Below are positions 1-10,319 of a stretch of 64,000 nucleotides of DNA, one piece after another. Made by a program: the position numbers and the translations under genes. Position 1 is the stretch's first letter. Every line of letters begins with the position of its first letter. The notes below the pieces were generated by a model. It had not been told where the DNA came from, did not search any database, and saw only the letters and a list, made by a program, of their open reading frames with translations. Source of the stretch: a bacterium ADurb.Bin157 (GTDB lineage Bacteria > Muiribacteriota > Ozemobacteria > Ozemobacterales > Ozemobacteraceae); assembly GCA_002070375.1 (NCBI GenBank), contig MWDD01000008.1, positions 14,260-78,259 of the forward strand, read 5' to 3'.

Positions 1-501
1 GCGAACTATTGCACCCAAGTTTCTTGCATCTTCAACTCCGTTCAATGCAACAATGATACCGTTCCCGGAATTAGCGTGTTCAATTATTTTCTCTAACGTA
101 CAATATTCAAATGAACCACAAACAGCAGCAAAACCTTGAGATTTGTCACCGAATCTTTTGCCGAACACATCGGCAGGCAAGTCTTTTACCGGAACACCAG
201 TTTTTGAAGCCAGTCCTCTTACAACAGAAGCTATAGGCCCTTTAACCCCCAGAGAGATATAAACTGTTTCTATCTTTTGCGCACTTTCAAGGGCCTGAAC
301 AACCTCGTGTCGCCCTTTTAAGACGATCTGTTCCGACTCTTCGCCCGTGGCCTCAACCTTATCGATCACTTGCTTTGCTGCAACACTTTTCTTTTCAAAT
401 GGTTTTTTATCAAACGTTGGCTTTTCGGTTGGTTTTTTTGCAAATGGCTTTTTGTCATACGCTTTTTTGGGTGCGCTCTTTTCAAATCTCGGTTTGTTCA
501 T
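1..501 (-). CDS. rlmB: 23S rRNA 2'-O-ribose methyltransferase, RlmB/TrmH (SpoU) family; 5' part only, gene runs off the left edge
   Basis: Absent from the ORF track because it has no stop in the window. My translation from ATG at 501 reads MNKPRFEKSAPKKAYDKKPFAKKPTEKPTFDKKPFEKK...IVLKGRHEVVQALES...GIIVALNGVEDARNLGAIVR (SpoU motif 1). There is an ATGA start/stop overlap with the upstream mini-RNase III gene. The cysS-mrnC-rlmB order matches Bacillus. The N-terminal extension is Lys-rich and repetitive. Confidence 0.75.
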   Translation of the reverse strand, partial: MNKPRFEKSAPKKAYDKKPFAKKPTEKPTFDKKPFEKKSVAAKQVIDKVEATGEESEQIVLKGRHEVVQALESAQKIETVYISLGVKGPIASVVRGLASKTGVPVKDLPADVFGKRFGDKSQGFAAVCGSFEYCTLEKIIEHANSGNGIIVALNGVEDARNLGAIVR

Positions 502-992
502 AAATCTTTACCTTTTTGGTTTCTTAATTTTAATGCCGTTTCAACAATAGACACCACGCGCTCATCTTGGCCGGTTATAAACAAAAACCCGACCCAAGCC
601 TCTAATGCAGTGGCTTTCGCATATTCACCTCTGGTTCCGGAACCGTATCTGGCAGGAATTTTAGAGTTTCGCCAGTTTTTGACCAACTCTTTTTCCTCTT
701 CGGGTAAATCCGCAAAAACAACTTCAAATACTTTCGCCTGAGCCGGAGAGCTGACTAAATCAACTAAGGAATCATGCAACCGCCCTGCATTATCGATTCC
801 TATTTCGACATGATTCAATCTCAAAGACAGCTCGTAAACCGCATCGCCTATATAGGCCAACGTTCTTGCAGGAAGGCGCAAGGCTTCTTCTTTGTTCCAC
901 TGCTTTTTAATTAAAAAAGCACTTGAACCGTCAAGCGAACATTTATCAACTTCCATGGTTGCCCCCAATAAGCTTATTGTCCTTTTTTCCAA
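498..992 (-). CDS. mrnC: Mini-ribonuclease 3 (23S rRNA maturation)
   Basis: ORF track. Carries the RNase III-like signature ...RTLAYIGDAVYELSLRL... and EAWVGFLF. Overlaps the cysS stop. An internal Met (MEVDKC, about 956) is an alternative start. Confidence 0.8.
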   Translation of the reverse strand: MEKRTISLLGATMEVDKCSLDGSSAFLIKKQWNKEEALRLPARTLAYIGDAVYELSLRLNHVEIGIDNAGRLHDSLVDLVSSPAQAKVFEVVFADLPEEEKELVKNWRNSKIPARYGSGTRGEYAKATALEAWVGFLFITGQDERVVSIVETALKLRNQKGKDL

Positions 993-2458
993 CGGACACC
1001 GCTTTTTGTGTCTTCAATAACTATGCCGGCTTCTTTTAATTTGTCTCTGATGGAATCCGCAACATCATAGCGCTTTTGTGATTTCATATTTGCTCTGAAA
1101 TCAATAACGAGGTCCATTAGTGGCTCTATGTTAAGATCTGACTTGTTGTTCTCTGAATCCGGCAAAATTCCCAAAATGTCTCCCGCCCAGTTTTTTAAAG
1201 TTTCAATTACTTTATTTGCCGTCGCTGAAGATATTTTATCCGCCGCAATAATCCTGTTAACGTCGCTTACCAATCCATAGATTTTTGCAATAGCCCCGGG
1301 TGTATCTAAATCGTCATTAAGTCGCTCGCAAATTTCTGATTCGGCTTTTTCGCATATTTTTAGAATCTGTTCATCTGCCATAGGGGACTTAGAAGCTTCG
1401 CCCGCGCTTGTTATTTCGTTCAAAGCCTGATACAGCTGGCTCAACCTCGACAAACCCACCGCAGCAGCTTCTATAGCTTCTTCTGTATAATTAGACGGCG
1501 AGCGATAGTGAGTGCTCAATAAAAAGACTCTTATCGCCTCAGGCGTGTGTTTAGAGAGTAAATCTTCACAGGTTTTAAAGTTTCCCAAAGATTTTCCCAT
1601 TTTAATGCCGTCAACAGTAACCATATTGTTGTGCATCCAATATCGGCAAAACGGCTTTTCATGAACACACTCAGACTGAGCTATTTCACACTCATGATGA
1701 GGAAATTTATTTTCTAAGCCGCCGCCATGAATGTCAAACGATACTCCCAAGTATTTATTTGCCATTACAGAGCATTCTATATGCCAACCGGGATAACCGA
1801 CGCCCCAAGGGGAATTCCATTTAAGAATATGGCTTTCTTCGGCCTTTTTCCATAACGCAAAGTCTTTTGGATTCCGCTTTTCGCCGCGCCCTTCAACTCT
1901 TACCGCTTCCTTTTGATCTTCAAGCTTGCGACCGGATAGTTTTCCGTATTCGGGAAAAGATTCAACGTCAAAATAGACATTTCCGTCAACCACATAAGCA
2001 TGATTTTTTTGAATCAATTCTTCTATTGTTTCAATCTGTTCCGGAATATGCTGACTTGCACGAACATAAAAATTAGGGTGAGCAAGTTTAAGCTTTTCCA
2101 TGTCGTTCATGTATTGTCTTGTCCATTTATCAACTATTTCCCAGGGATGCACCTTGTCTATTCGAGCTTGTTTTTGTATTTTATCTTCGCCCGAATCGGC
2201 ATCATCCGTTAAATGCCCCACATCTGTTATATTTTGAACATATCTGACTTTGTAACCGGACCTTCGTAAATGCTTTGCAAGAACATCGAAAGTAATATAG
2301 CTTTTGGCATGCCCCAAATGCGGAGGCCCATATACTGTTGGCCCGCACACATACATACCTACTTTTCCGGGTTCTCTGGGAATAAACTCTTCTTTTTGTC
2401 TGGTCATAGAATTATAAATAACAAACGCCATGGTTTCCTCCATGCTGTTGGAATGCAA
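974..2458 (-). CDS. cysS: Cysteine--tRNA ligase
   Basis: Class I aaRS motifs PPHLGHA (HIGH) and KMGKSLGN (KMSKS). Typical CysRS N-terminus with YVCGPTVY. Confidence 0.97.
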   Translation of the reverse strand: MHSNSMEETMAFVIYNSMTRQKEEFIPREPGKVGMYVCGPTVYGPPHLGHAKSYITFDVLAKHLRRSGYKVRYVQNITDVGHLTDDADSGEDKIQKQARIDKVHPWEIVDKWTRQYMNDMEKLKLAHPNFYVRASQHIPEQIETIEELIQKNHAYVVDGNVYFDVESFPEYGKLSGRKLEDQKEAVRVEGRGEKRNPKDFALWKKAEESHILKWNSPWGVGYPGWHIECSVMANKYLGVSFDIHGGGLENKFPHHECEIAQSECVHEKPFCRYWMHNNMVTVDGIKMGKSLGNFKTCEDLLSKHTPEAIRVFLLSTHYRSPSNYTEEAIEAAAVGLSRLSQLYQALNEITSAGEASKSPMADEQILKICEKAESEICERLNDDLDTPGAIAKIYGLVSDVNRIIAADKISSATANKVIETLKNWAGDILGILPDSENNKSDLNIEPLMDLVIDFRANMKSQKRYDVADSIRDKLKEAGIVIEDTKSGVRWKKGQ

Positions 2459-2554
2459 AAATTTACTGGGCTATGTTATCACAAAAGTTTATAATTATGA
2501 ACATTAGCCAAAATGTATTTCATTTTTTAACATATTTAGGTATATTCTTAAAGC

Positions 2555-5467
2555 ATGAGTTTCTCAAACATCAGGAAAAATTTAACATTGCGCAACGCAT
2601 TTTTGTTTTGTGCTTTAATATTGTTGCCTTTGTTAACCTTGTATTTTACTGCCGTAAACATTGTGCAAGAAGATTATTTGGCAGAAATACAAAAAGTCAA
2701 AGACGAGCTCGAACTACAAAACGCGAAAGTCGAGAAGTTCGCCCAAGTTAAATATCAAATCAATGACTTTTTAAAAAACATCGTTCTGAACAATCGCTTA
2801 ACTAAGCACTCTCCTTCTCAAATCACAAGCTTTTTGGAACGTCTTGACAACAAATATCCAAACGCTTTCAAATGGCTAATTTGGGATGAAAATGGAAATC
2901 TTCTGCCTATATTCGGAAAAACAATTTTACCGGGAAGAAAATCATGGACTCTATTAATCAAAACTTTTATTGAGAAGCTTAAAACCGTTTCAATTCCCAG
3001 CAACTTGTTGAGAAAACAGGTGTTTAACCCGGAATTTGAAAAGGCAATGGCAAACATTCAAAAAACAATGGGCGGCTTAATTAAGGCAGAACATCTAAAT
3101 TATGCCAGAGAAAACCCAATTGATTTTTATTGGTTTGGGAAGCCTTGCTATGCACTGTGGGTTGTCGAACCCAAGGAATATGAAAACGGATATCTTTCTA
3201 AAACCAATGGCGGCGCACTTATTTTAGTTTTTCCTGAATTACTGCCGGACAACATTTGGATAAAAAGAATTATACAGCGCAGAAAAACAGCGGCCGACAA
3301 ACTTTTACACCCAATTTTAACCATAAATATAAGCGGTTCTTATGTAGATTTATCAGATGAAGATTTGCCCAAAGACAGTTTTTTCACGAATGGCATAGTT
3401 GAAGCTTACAAAAACCGCAGTGAAAGTATTTTTGAATTTAATAATTATTTGGCCATATCTGCGCAATTGTCAACTGATGACGAAAACCGTATTATTTCTA
3501 TGGCAAATATAGAAAAAATAAATAATAACAAGAACATGAGATTATTTGGCTTAAGAATTTTTCTCTTAATTTTTATAATCGGAATATTCTTTTCATTGTT
3601 CACTGCCGATTGGAATATTATTTTTAATATTTCACTCAGAAAGCGTATAGCTTGGATATTTTTAACAGCCACCTTCATGCCGCTTTTGAGTCTTATCAGC
3701 ATAGGAAAAAGCTTCATAAATCATGAAGAAACCAGACTAAGCGAATCGGCTTTTGTGAAAATGCGTCAAGCCATGGAAGCTCTGAACTTAAGGTATCAGG
3801 ACACACCGAGAATTACGGAAAAAATACTGTTCGAAGAATTATTAAACCTAATCGGTAAACCTCCTATTTCAGAGCAATCTATAAAAAAATCGCTTGATCA
3901 GGCAATAGATCTGAAGCTTATAGAAAACTATGCCGTCACAAACGAAGTGGGAAAAATATCTTTAACCAGTTGGGAAAACTTAGACCCTGCAATAAAAAGA
4001 ATGTTTGAAATGACAACCCAAAGAGGGCAACAATTCGAAGATTACGTGCAAAAAGCTGATTCGGGCGTACAGCAGTTTATCGATGAAGAGCTATCTGAGA
4101 TAATGCTTGCCCTTAACTCAAAATTAGATTTTTCAAGGCCGAGTTTCCTAAGATATTACGCTGTTCAAGACCAACACATGTATTTCATGAATATACACGT
4201 TAATGTTGATTCGATTGTGCGAAGCCTTTTAGTACAAATACCGGAACATCACCTTGAAAAAAGTTTTGCAAAAAATGAATTTAAATCCAATAAACTTGCC
4301 ACTCAAGATATCAAAGAAGACAAATATGAGTTGGCTTTTTTCTCAGCAAGAGAAAACGAAACCTCTCTTCCCGAATTATCTCCTTTATGGACAGAACTGA
4401 AAGACGAATTTAGGAGAAGTAAAGAACTTAAAACAGAAGAATCGGGATTGGTAACAATAGAAAACGAAACATTCTTATATCTCATTAAGCCTCTAAGCGC
4501 GATGAGAAGCAACAGTCTCCTTCCCTGCTACATTTTTTCAACAAACCAGATAAACAGCAGAATAAAAGGAGTTACCGTATTACTCGTTTCTTTGTCTGCG
4601 GCAGCTGTATTAGGAACAATAATCTTAAGTCTTTTGTTGGCTTCCGGCCTATTGGGGCCAATAAAACAAATTGACGAAGCGGCCCAAAAAGTCGGGAAAG
4701 GGGATTTGAACGTATTGGTTCCCGAGATGGGTGAAGACGAAATGGGGCGCTTGAGCAAAACATTTAACGAAATGGTTAAAGGCTTAAGAGAACATAAAAA
4801 AATGCAAGCCTATGTCTCTGACTCTGTAAGAGAAGCGATCCAAGAAAATAACTCAAGCGCAGAATCAAATAACGAATCCATAAGAAGCGGAAAAAACATT
4901 GAAGCCACAATTTTGTTCTCTGACATCAGAAATTTCACCGGTATCACCGAACAAAATTCGCCGGAAAAAGTTTTTAATTTGCTCAACGAATTTTTAGGCG
5001 GGGTTGAGCCTATTATCAGAATGAACCACGGCAGAGTCGACAAATATATAGGTGATGCCGTTATGGCAGTTTTTCACCATACCTCACCGGAACACCACGC
5101 CTTGAGTGCCATAAAAACCTCTGTAATGATGATGAAATTTTTGAAAAAAATGAACAGCTTCAGAAAAAAACAGGGGTTATTCCCAATAAACATAGGTATA
5201 GGAATAAGCACAGGCACTGTTTTATTGGGTGATGTCGGTAGCGCAAAAAGAAAAGATCTGACAGTTATAGGCGACGAAGTTAACTTGGCATCAAGGCTAG
5301 AAAGTGCCTCAAAAAAGGGCAGGCACAGCAAAATAATTTTTTCTGTCTCAACCTATAATCTAATTAAAGATTACGTAAACGCCGAAAAGATGCCATTTAG
5401 CGAAATAAGAGGAAAAGAGCAAAGCATAGAGATTTACGAACTGGTTTCCTTAAAAAATATGAATTAA
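2555..5467 (+). CDS. Membrane sensor adenylate/guanylate cyclase (two large extracytoplasmic regions, HAMP, class III cyclase domain)
   Basis: Four predicted TM segments. HAMP-like PIKQIDEAAQKVGKGDLNV...GRLSKTFNEMV. Cyclase motifs ATILFSDIRNFTGITE, KYIGDAVMAVF and GDEVNLASRLES. Confidence 0.9.
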   Translation: MSFSNIRKNLTLRNAFLFCALILLPLLTLYFTAVNIVQEDYLAEIQKVKDELELQNAKVEKFAQVKYQINDFLKNIVLNNRLTKHSPSQITSFLERLDNKYPNAFKWLIWDENGNLLPIFGKTILPGRKSWTLLIKTFIEKLKTVSIPSNLLRKQVFNPEFEKAMANIQKTMGGLIKAEHLNYARENPIDFYWFGKPCYALWVVEPKEYENGYLSKTNGGALILVFPELLPDNIWIKRIIQRRKTAADKLLHPILTINISGSYVDLSDEDLPKDSFFTNGIVEAYKNRSESIFEFNNYLAISAQLSTDDENRIISMANIEKINNNKNMRLFGLRIFLLIFIIGIFFSLFTADWNIIFNISLRKRIAWIFLTATFMPLLSLISIGKSFINHEETRLSESAFVKMRQAMEALNLRYQDTPRITEKILFEELLNLIGKPPISEQSIKKSLDQAIDLKLIENYAVTNEVGKISLTSWENLDPAIKRMFEMTTQRGQQFEDYVQKADSGVQQFIDEELSEIMLALNSKLDFSRPSFLRYYAVQDQHMYFMNIHVNVDSIVRSLLVQIPEHHLEKSFAKNEFKSNKLATQDIKEDKYELAFFSARENETSLPELSPLWTELKDEFRRSKELKTEESGLVTIENETFLYLIKPLSAMRSNSLLPCYIFSTNQINSRIKGVTVLLVSLSAAAVLGTIILSLLLASGLLGPIKQIDEAAQKVGKGDLNVLVPEMGEDEMGRLSKTFNEMVKGLREHKKMQAYVSDSVREAIQENNSSAESNNESIRSGKNIEATILFSDIRNFTGITEQNSPEKVFNLLNEFLGGVEPIIRMNHGRVDKYIGDAVMAVFHHTSPEHHALSAIKTSVMMMKFLKKMNSFRKKQGLFPINIGIGISTGTVLLGDVGSAKRKDLTVIGDEVNLASRLESASKKGRHSKIIFSVSTYNLIKDYVNAEKMPFSEIRGKEQSIEIYELVSLKNMN

Positions 5468-6345
5468 TTAAGTTTTGTTTTTATTTTCGTTTTTTTAAAC
5501 ATAAAAAACAACACTGTCGCAAAGTACGTCAGCCCGGCAATAATTATCGTAACTGCCCCTGACGGAAGGTTGGGCTCATAGCTTGCCATTAAGCCAAAGA
5601 CATTAAAAGCTATGCCCAATATGATTGCAGATAACATTATTTTTGACACGCGGTTAAAAAATTTGCAACCAACAGCCACAGGTAAAGTAAGCATGGCGAT
5701 CACCATTATGATTCCCACAGCCGAGACCATTAACACAACCGTCAGAGCGGTCATACACAATACCAACAAATAATAAAATTCAACAGATAATCCGCGAGTT
5801 CTTGCAAATTCCTCGTCAAAGCACACAGCTACAATTTGTCTGTAAAATATAGCCGTTATTGTCACCAGAACTATATCCAAAATACCAATAAACCAAAGAT
5901 CTTGTGAAGAAACCATTAGAATATTGCCAAACAAATAGCTCATCAAATCTTCACCATAACCGGGGGTTTTAAAAATAAACAGAACACCGCTCGCCATTCC
6001 TATTGCCCACAAAGCACTTATAACCGTATCTTCCCGCTCTTTAGCCCTTAAACTTATTATACCGATAATTACAGCCGACAAAATTGCCGTCAGAATCGCC
6101 CCGTAAATAGGTCTGATCCACTCTAAACCATAAACAACAGAAAAATACCGTGCCGCTCCCAATCCGCCCAAAATACAGTGAGATATTGCCGCAGCTATAT
6201 AGGTTATACGTCTTAACACGACGAAAGTTCCGACAATACCGCCTGCTATGCTACACAAAATGCCTGCCAAAACAGCATTAAAAAGAAATGGCAACTCCAA
6301 TAAATCTGTTAGGAATGATGACATACATGCCCCTTTTCGCTGCAT
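5464..6345 (-). CDS. znuB: Metal (Zn/Mn) ABC transporter permease, ABC-3 family
   Basis: Polytopic membrane protein typical of ZnuB/TroC/MntB. Last gene of an SBP-ATPase-permease set. The start may be the internal Met at 6324. Confidence 0.85.
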   Translation of the reverse strand: MQRKGACMSSFLTDLLELPFLFNAVLAGILCSIAGGIVGTFVVLRRITYIAAAISHCILGGLGAARYFSVVYGLEWIRPIYGAILTAILSAVIIGIISLRAKEREDTVISALWAIGMASGVLFIFKTPGYGEDLMSYLFGNILMVSSQDLWFIGILDIVLVTITAIFYRQIVAVCFDEEFARTRGLSVEFYYLLVLCMTALTVVLMVSAVGIIMVIAMLTLPVAVGCKFFNRVSKIMLSAIILGIAFNVFGLMASYEPNLPSGAVTIIIAGLTYFATVLFFMFKKTKIKTKLN

Positions 6346-7085
6346 CTATGGTCATGGCGCACAATATTAACCTCGGGACCATACAATTTTTGAAGTGATT
6401 CGCCTGTTAGCTCCGAGACAGGGTGTATTTGCAATGTTTTTCTTACACAGACAACTGTTTTTACATGTGCGGAAACAAAGCCAATATCATGAGACACGAT
6501 AATAATAGTAAATTTTTTATTCATTTCGGCAAACATATTGTAAAGTTGCTCTGTCCCCTTAACATCAACGCTTGCCGTCGGTTCATCCAACAATAATAAT
6601 TCGGGTTCACCCATTATGGCTCTGGCAATCATTGCCCGTTGTCTTTGCCCGCCCGACAAGTCGGCAAAACCGCTATGCTCAAAGCCGCCGAGTCCGACAC
6701 TGTCCAATGCTGTTAATGCCATCGCACGCTGTTTTTTTGAATACCTTCCCCACCAAAAGTTTTTACTTAAACACCCCATAAGAACGACATCTAAAACACT
6801 TACCGGAAAACCCGAATCGAATTTTGAAAATTGGGGCACATACCCGACTTTTTCTCTTATTTCATCGGGCTTCTTGCCAAATACCTCAACAGAGCCATTC
6901 ACCGGCCTAATCAAACCCAAAATCAGCTTTAAAATTGTTGTTTTTCCGCCGCCGTTCGGTCCGACAATACAAGCAAAGTCGCCGCGAGGAATTTCAAAGT
7001 TTATATTCTCTAAAATAGTCCTGTCAGCTTCATATGCGAAGTTAACATTATTGAACTTCAAAACACTTTCTTCGTTCATAATCAT
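6309..7085 (-). CDS. znuC: Metal ABC transporter ATP-binding protein
   Basis: Walker A GPNGGGKTT, signature LSGGQRQR, Walker B LLLLDEP. Overlaps both the znuA stop and the znuB start. Confidence 0.9.
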   Translation of the reverse strand: MIMNEESVLKFNNVNFAYEADRTILENINFEIPRGDFACIVGPNGGGKTTILKLILGLIRPVNGSVEVFGKKPDEIREKVGYVPQFSKFDSGFPVSVLDVVLMGCLSKNFWWGRYSKKQRAMALTALDSVGLGGFEHSGFADLSGGQRQRAMIARAIMGEPELLLLDEPTASVDVKGTEQLYNMFAEMNKKFTIIIVSHDIGFVSAHVKTVVCVRKTLQIHPVSELTGESLQKLYGPEVNIVRHDHRCSEKGHVCHHS

Positions 7086-8017
7086 TTTTTAAGTTTCTTT
7101 AAAGAATATGCCATAAATCGAAGATTTTCGAAATAATCTTCGGCAAGGGGGTCAATTCCCATTACAATTCCATTTATAGAATCGGCAATTGTTTTAGCCG
7201 CTGCGACCGGAAATTGTTTTTGCACAAAAATCACATGAATATTTTCAGCACGACATTTCCTGATAAGCTCAGCAAGCTGTCTGGGCCCGGGTTCTTTCCC
7301 TTCGGTCTCTACCGACCGTTGAACCAAGCCGAATCTGTCCGCAAAATAACCGAATGCCGGATGAAAAACCAGCATTGTCTGCCCCTTTAAGGGTTCCAGT
7401 ATTTGCGTTAATTCTTCAACTATTTTATTGTTTTCTTGTTTAAACACTTCATAATTTACAGCGAGTTCTTTTTTAATTCCGGGTCTTAACTCCCCCAACG
7501 CCAAAGCAATTGTTTCTGCCTGTTTTATAGCCAAAACCGGGTCTAACCAAATATGAGGGTCAAGTGCACCTTTTTCGTGAGAATGCTCGCAATCAACGAG
7601 GTGACTGTGTTCACTGTGATCATCGTAATCACCGCAATCTCCCTCAAACTCCGACAAACTTCTTTTTTTGATACCTTCATCTGTAGCAACAATTTTGAGT
7701 TTTGGAAAAAGAGACGCAAATTTCTTCAAAAAACGTTTTTCATAAGAAACTCCCACCGAAAAAAACACTTCGGCACGAGCAATTTCTGACATTTGTTTAG
7801 GCAACGGTTCGTAATTGTGCGGCGATTGCCCGGGCCCGACCAAAACTTCAACCTCCGCAAAATCACCTGCTATTCGCTCAACAAAATATTTCTGCGGCAA
7901 AACGCTCACAAACACCTTAATTTTTGCTGTTTTTGAGGCTATCAGCGCACTATTAAAACAAACTAAAAACAATAAACCAAATAAAAAACATCGTTTAATC
8001 ATAGAGTTTTGCACCAT
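7082..8017 (-). CDS. znuA: Metal ABC transporter substrate-binding protein (cluster A-I), His/Asp-rich loop suggests zinc
   Basis: Signal peptide. ZnuA/TroA-like core (PHNYEP, DPHIWLDP). Acidic His-rich loop GDCGDYDDHSEHSHLVDCEHSHEKG. Confidence 0.85.
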   Translation of the reverse strand: MVQNSMIKRCFLFGLLFLVCFNSALIASKTAKIKVFVSVLPQKYFVERIAGDFAEVEVLVGPGQSPHNYEPLPKQMSEIARAEVFFSVGVSYEKRFLKKFASLFPKLKIVATDEGIKKRSLSEFEGDCGDYDDHSEHSHLVDCEHSHEKGALDPHIWLDPVLAIKQAETIALALGELRPGIKKELAVNYEVFKQENNKIVEELTQILEPLKGQTMLVFHPAFGYFADRFGLVQRSVETEGKEPGPRQLAELIRKCRAENIHVIFVQKQFPVAAAKTIADSINGIVMGIDPLAEDYFENLRFMAYSLKKLKK

Positions 8018-8029
8018 TTATATAATTTC

Positions 8030-9385
8030 TCAACCAAAGACCGCTTTAACAGCCTCTCTTATATTGCCAACCTTTATTATTCCGTCTTTGCCCGATACTT
8101 CAGCAGAGTCTGAGATTAAAAAACGCTTAAAACCGAATCGTTTTCCTTCTGTAATTCTGCGGGAAAGGTTTCCGACGGGTCTTATTTCGCCTGCCAGCGT
8201 TACTTCACCGATCACAAGCATATCAATCGGAATAGCACGATCATTCAAGCTGCCGGCTAACGCCATTGCCAACCCTAAATCGCCGCCCGGCTCAGAAAGT
8301 TTTAACCCGCCCGCAACATTTGAAAAAACATCTCGGTTGTAAAACTTCATGCCCGCGTGCTTCTCGAGCACCGCTATAACTAAATTTAACCTATTTGAAT
8401 CTATCCCTGAGACTATTCTGCGAGGCATAGTTAAAAACGACTGAGTAACCAAAACCTGCAGTTCTGTCAAGATACATCTTGTTCCCTGAAGTATTGGCAC
8501 CACAACGACTCCGGGCGATTCGCTTCTTTTTCTGCTTATAAAAAGGTCTGACGGATTCAAAACAGCCTCAAGCCCCTTGTCTGTCATTTGAAAAACCGCA
8601 ACTTCGCCCGTAGCTCCATATCTGTTTTTGAAAACTCGCAAAATTCTAAAGTTCGAACTCACGTCACCTTCAAAATACAAAACCGTATCCACAATATGTT
8701 CAAGTATTTTCGGGCCCGCGATGGCCCCGTCTTTTGTAACATGCCCTATTATGAAAATCGGCATCCCGCGGTCTTTTCCATACTTTGTAAGAATTGCTGC
8801 ACATTCGCGTATTTGCGAAACCGACCCCGGAGTTGCATCAAGCTGCGGCGTGTAAACAGTTTGTATCGAATCTACGACAACCATCCTCGGCAAAAACGAG
8901 GCCAGTCCGTTTAAAGCTGAATCCAAATTTTGCTCTGAAACCAAAATTATATCTTTTCCGTTACCTATTCTCATTCTTTCGGCACGCAACTTAATCTGTG
9001 TGGCCGATTCTTCACCGGAAACATACGCAACCGGCTTTATATTAACCCCCAGCCTTGAAACCAACTGAAGCATAAAAGTCGATTTACCGACTCCCGGCTC
9101 GCCCCCAATCAAAGTAATGCCTCCCGGCACCAATCCGCCCCCGACAAGCTCATCGAAAATATCGATACCGGTCGTCCAGCGCTGCGCCCGCTCCACATTA
9201 ACATCTTCTAATGTTTGAATCAAAGACATACTTGAAGCGTGCTGAGAAGGCACCCGCCTCAAATCAGATTGCACAATTTCCTGAACCAACGTGTTCCACT
9301 CTTCACACCCCGTGCATTGCCCCTGCCATTTCGGAAAAGCCTGTCCGCAGCTTTGGCAAACATACCTTGTCTTAGCTTTTGCCAT
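8030..9385 (-). CDS. radA: DNA repair protein RadA/Sms
   Basis: N-terminal zinc ribbon YVCQSCGQ...CTGCEEWNT, Walker A GGEPGVGKST, KNRYG motif and a Lon-like C-terminal domain. Confidence 0.95.
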   Translation of the reverse strand: MAKAKTRYVCQSCGQAFPKWQGQCTGCEEWNTLVQEIVQSDLRRVPSQHASSMSLIQTLEDVNVERAQRWTTGIDIFDELVGGGLVPGGITLIGGEPGVGKSTFMLQLVSRLGVNIKPVAYVSGEESATQIKLRAERMRIGNGKDIILVSEQNLDSALNGLASFLPRMVVVDSIQTVYTPQLDATPGSVSQIRECAAILTKYGKDRGMPIFIIGHVTKDGAIAGPKILEHIVDTVLYFEGDVSSNFRILRVFKNRYGATGEVAVFQMTDKGLEAVLNPSDLFISRKRSESPGVVVVPILQGTRCILTELQVLVTQSFLTMPRRIVSGIDSNRLNLVIAVLEKHAGMKFYNRDVFSNVAGGLKLSEPGGDLGLAMALAGSLNDRAIPIDMLVIGEVTLAGEIRPVGNLSRRITEGKRFGFKRFLISDSAEVSGKDGIIKVGNIREAVKAVFG

Positions 9386-10316
9386 TTTCTTGCTCCCCTG
9401 CGGCAGTTAATTTAATAAACATTTCTTCCAACGAAGCCTCAAGCGGAATCATTGCCCGTAATTCGACATTATTTTCAAACAGCCGCCTGCCCACAACTCC
9501 CGACTGCCCTGCAGGCACATAAAACTGCAAGCCTCTTGCCGCCAAAGCCACCCCTGAAACCCCATCACCACCCATTTTCTCAAGCACTTCGCGCGCCTTC
9601 GCAAAAGACTCATCGTTGACCCTAACCTCAAAATGCTCCATCCGATTATCCAGCAAATTAGCCACATACCCTTCGGCAACAGTCCGCCCATTATCGATTA
9701 TCACAACGTAATCGCACATTCGCTCAACCTCATCAAGCAAATGGCTCGACAAAAAAATCGATGTCTTTTCCACATCGTGAATCTGCATCAGAATTTCGCG
9801 CATCTGAACACGCCCCGCCGGGTCTAACCCGCTCGTTGGCTCGTCTAAAATCAATAGTTTCGGCTTATGCAAAATTCCGAAAGCTACCCCCAAACGCTGC
9901 TTCATCCCACTTGAGAAGGTGCCGAAACGCCTGTCTGCCGCATCTCTTAGACCTGTCATTTCTATCACTTCTTGAATTCGTTCTTGGGAAATAGCCTTAT
10001 AAAGCGAGCCGAACCATTTCAAGTTTTGTGCCGCCGTCATTGTCTCTATAAAATTAGGATTCTCAACTACCGCGCCGATGTTCTCAAGAGCTTTATCTCT
10101 GCATTTAGGCATTTGCTCGCCCATTAATGAAACGCTGCCCTTAAAAGAGGGTATCAGTCCCAATAAGATGCGCATAGTAGTCGTTTTCCCGGCTCCGTTA
10201 GGACCTAAAAACCCGACAATACTGTTTAACGGCGCTGAAAAGCTCAAACCTTCCAAAACCTTTTTTCTGCCAAAACTCTTATATAAATCACTGACACAAA
10301 TCGCAGATTTTATCAT
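9372..10316 (-). CDS. ABC transporter ATP-binding protein (ABC-2 type exporter ATPase), no cognate permease adjacent
   Basis: GPNGAGKTT, FSSGMKQRLGVA, LLILDEPTSGLD. The C-terminal extra domain is typical of ABC-2 ATPases. Confidence 0.9.
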   Translation of the reverse strand: MIKSAICVSDLYKSFGRKKVLEGLSFSAPLNSIVGFLGPNGAGKTTTMRILLGLIPSFKGSVSLMGEQMPKCRDKALENIGAVVENPNFIETMTAAQNLKWFGSLYKAISQERIQEVIEMTGLRDAADRRFGTFSSGMKQRLGVAFGILHKPKLLILDEPTSGLDPAGRVQMREILMQIHDVEKTSIFLSSHLLDEVERMCDYVVIIDNGRTVAEGYVANLLDNRMEHFEVRVNDESFAKAREVLEKMGGDGVSGVALAARGLQFYVPAGQSGVVGRRLFENNVELRAMIPLEASLEEMFIKLTAAGEQENGKS

Positions 10317-10319
10317 TGG

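Noticed and set aside
347-741. Plus-strand ORFs of 67 and 123 aa at the left edge
   Set aside because: They are antisense to the rlmB and mrnC coding sequences. The Phe/Leu-rich translations mirror the Lys-rich N-terminal extension of RlmB.
2459-2554. T-box or other riboswitch leader upstream of cysS
   Set aside because: Only 96 bp separate cysS from the divergent cyclase gene, which is too short for a T-box leader. I saw no specifier or terminator-antiterminator helices.
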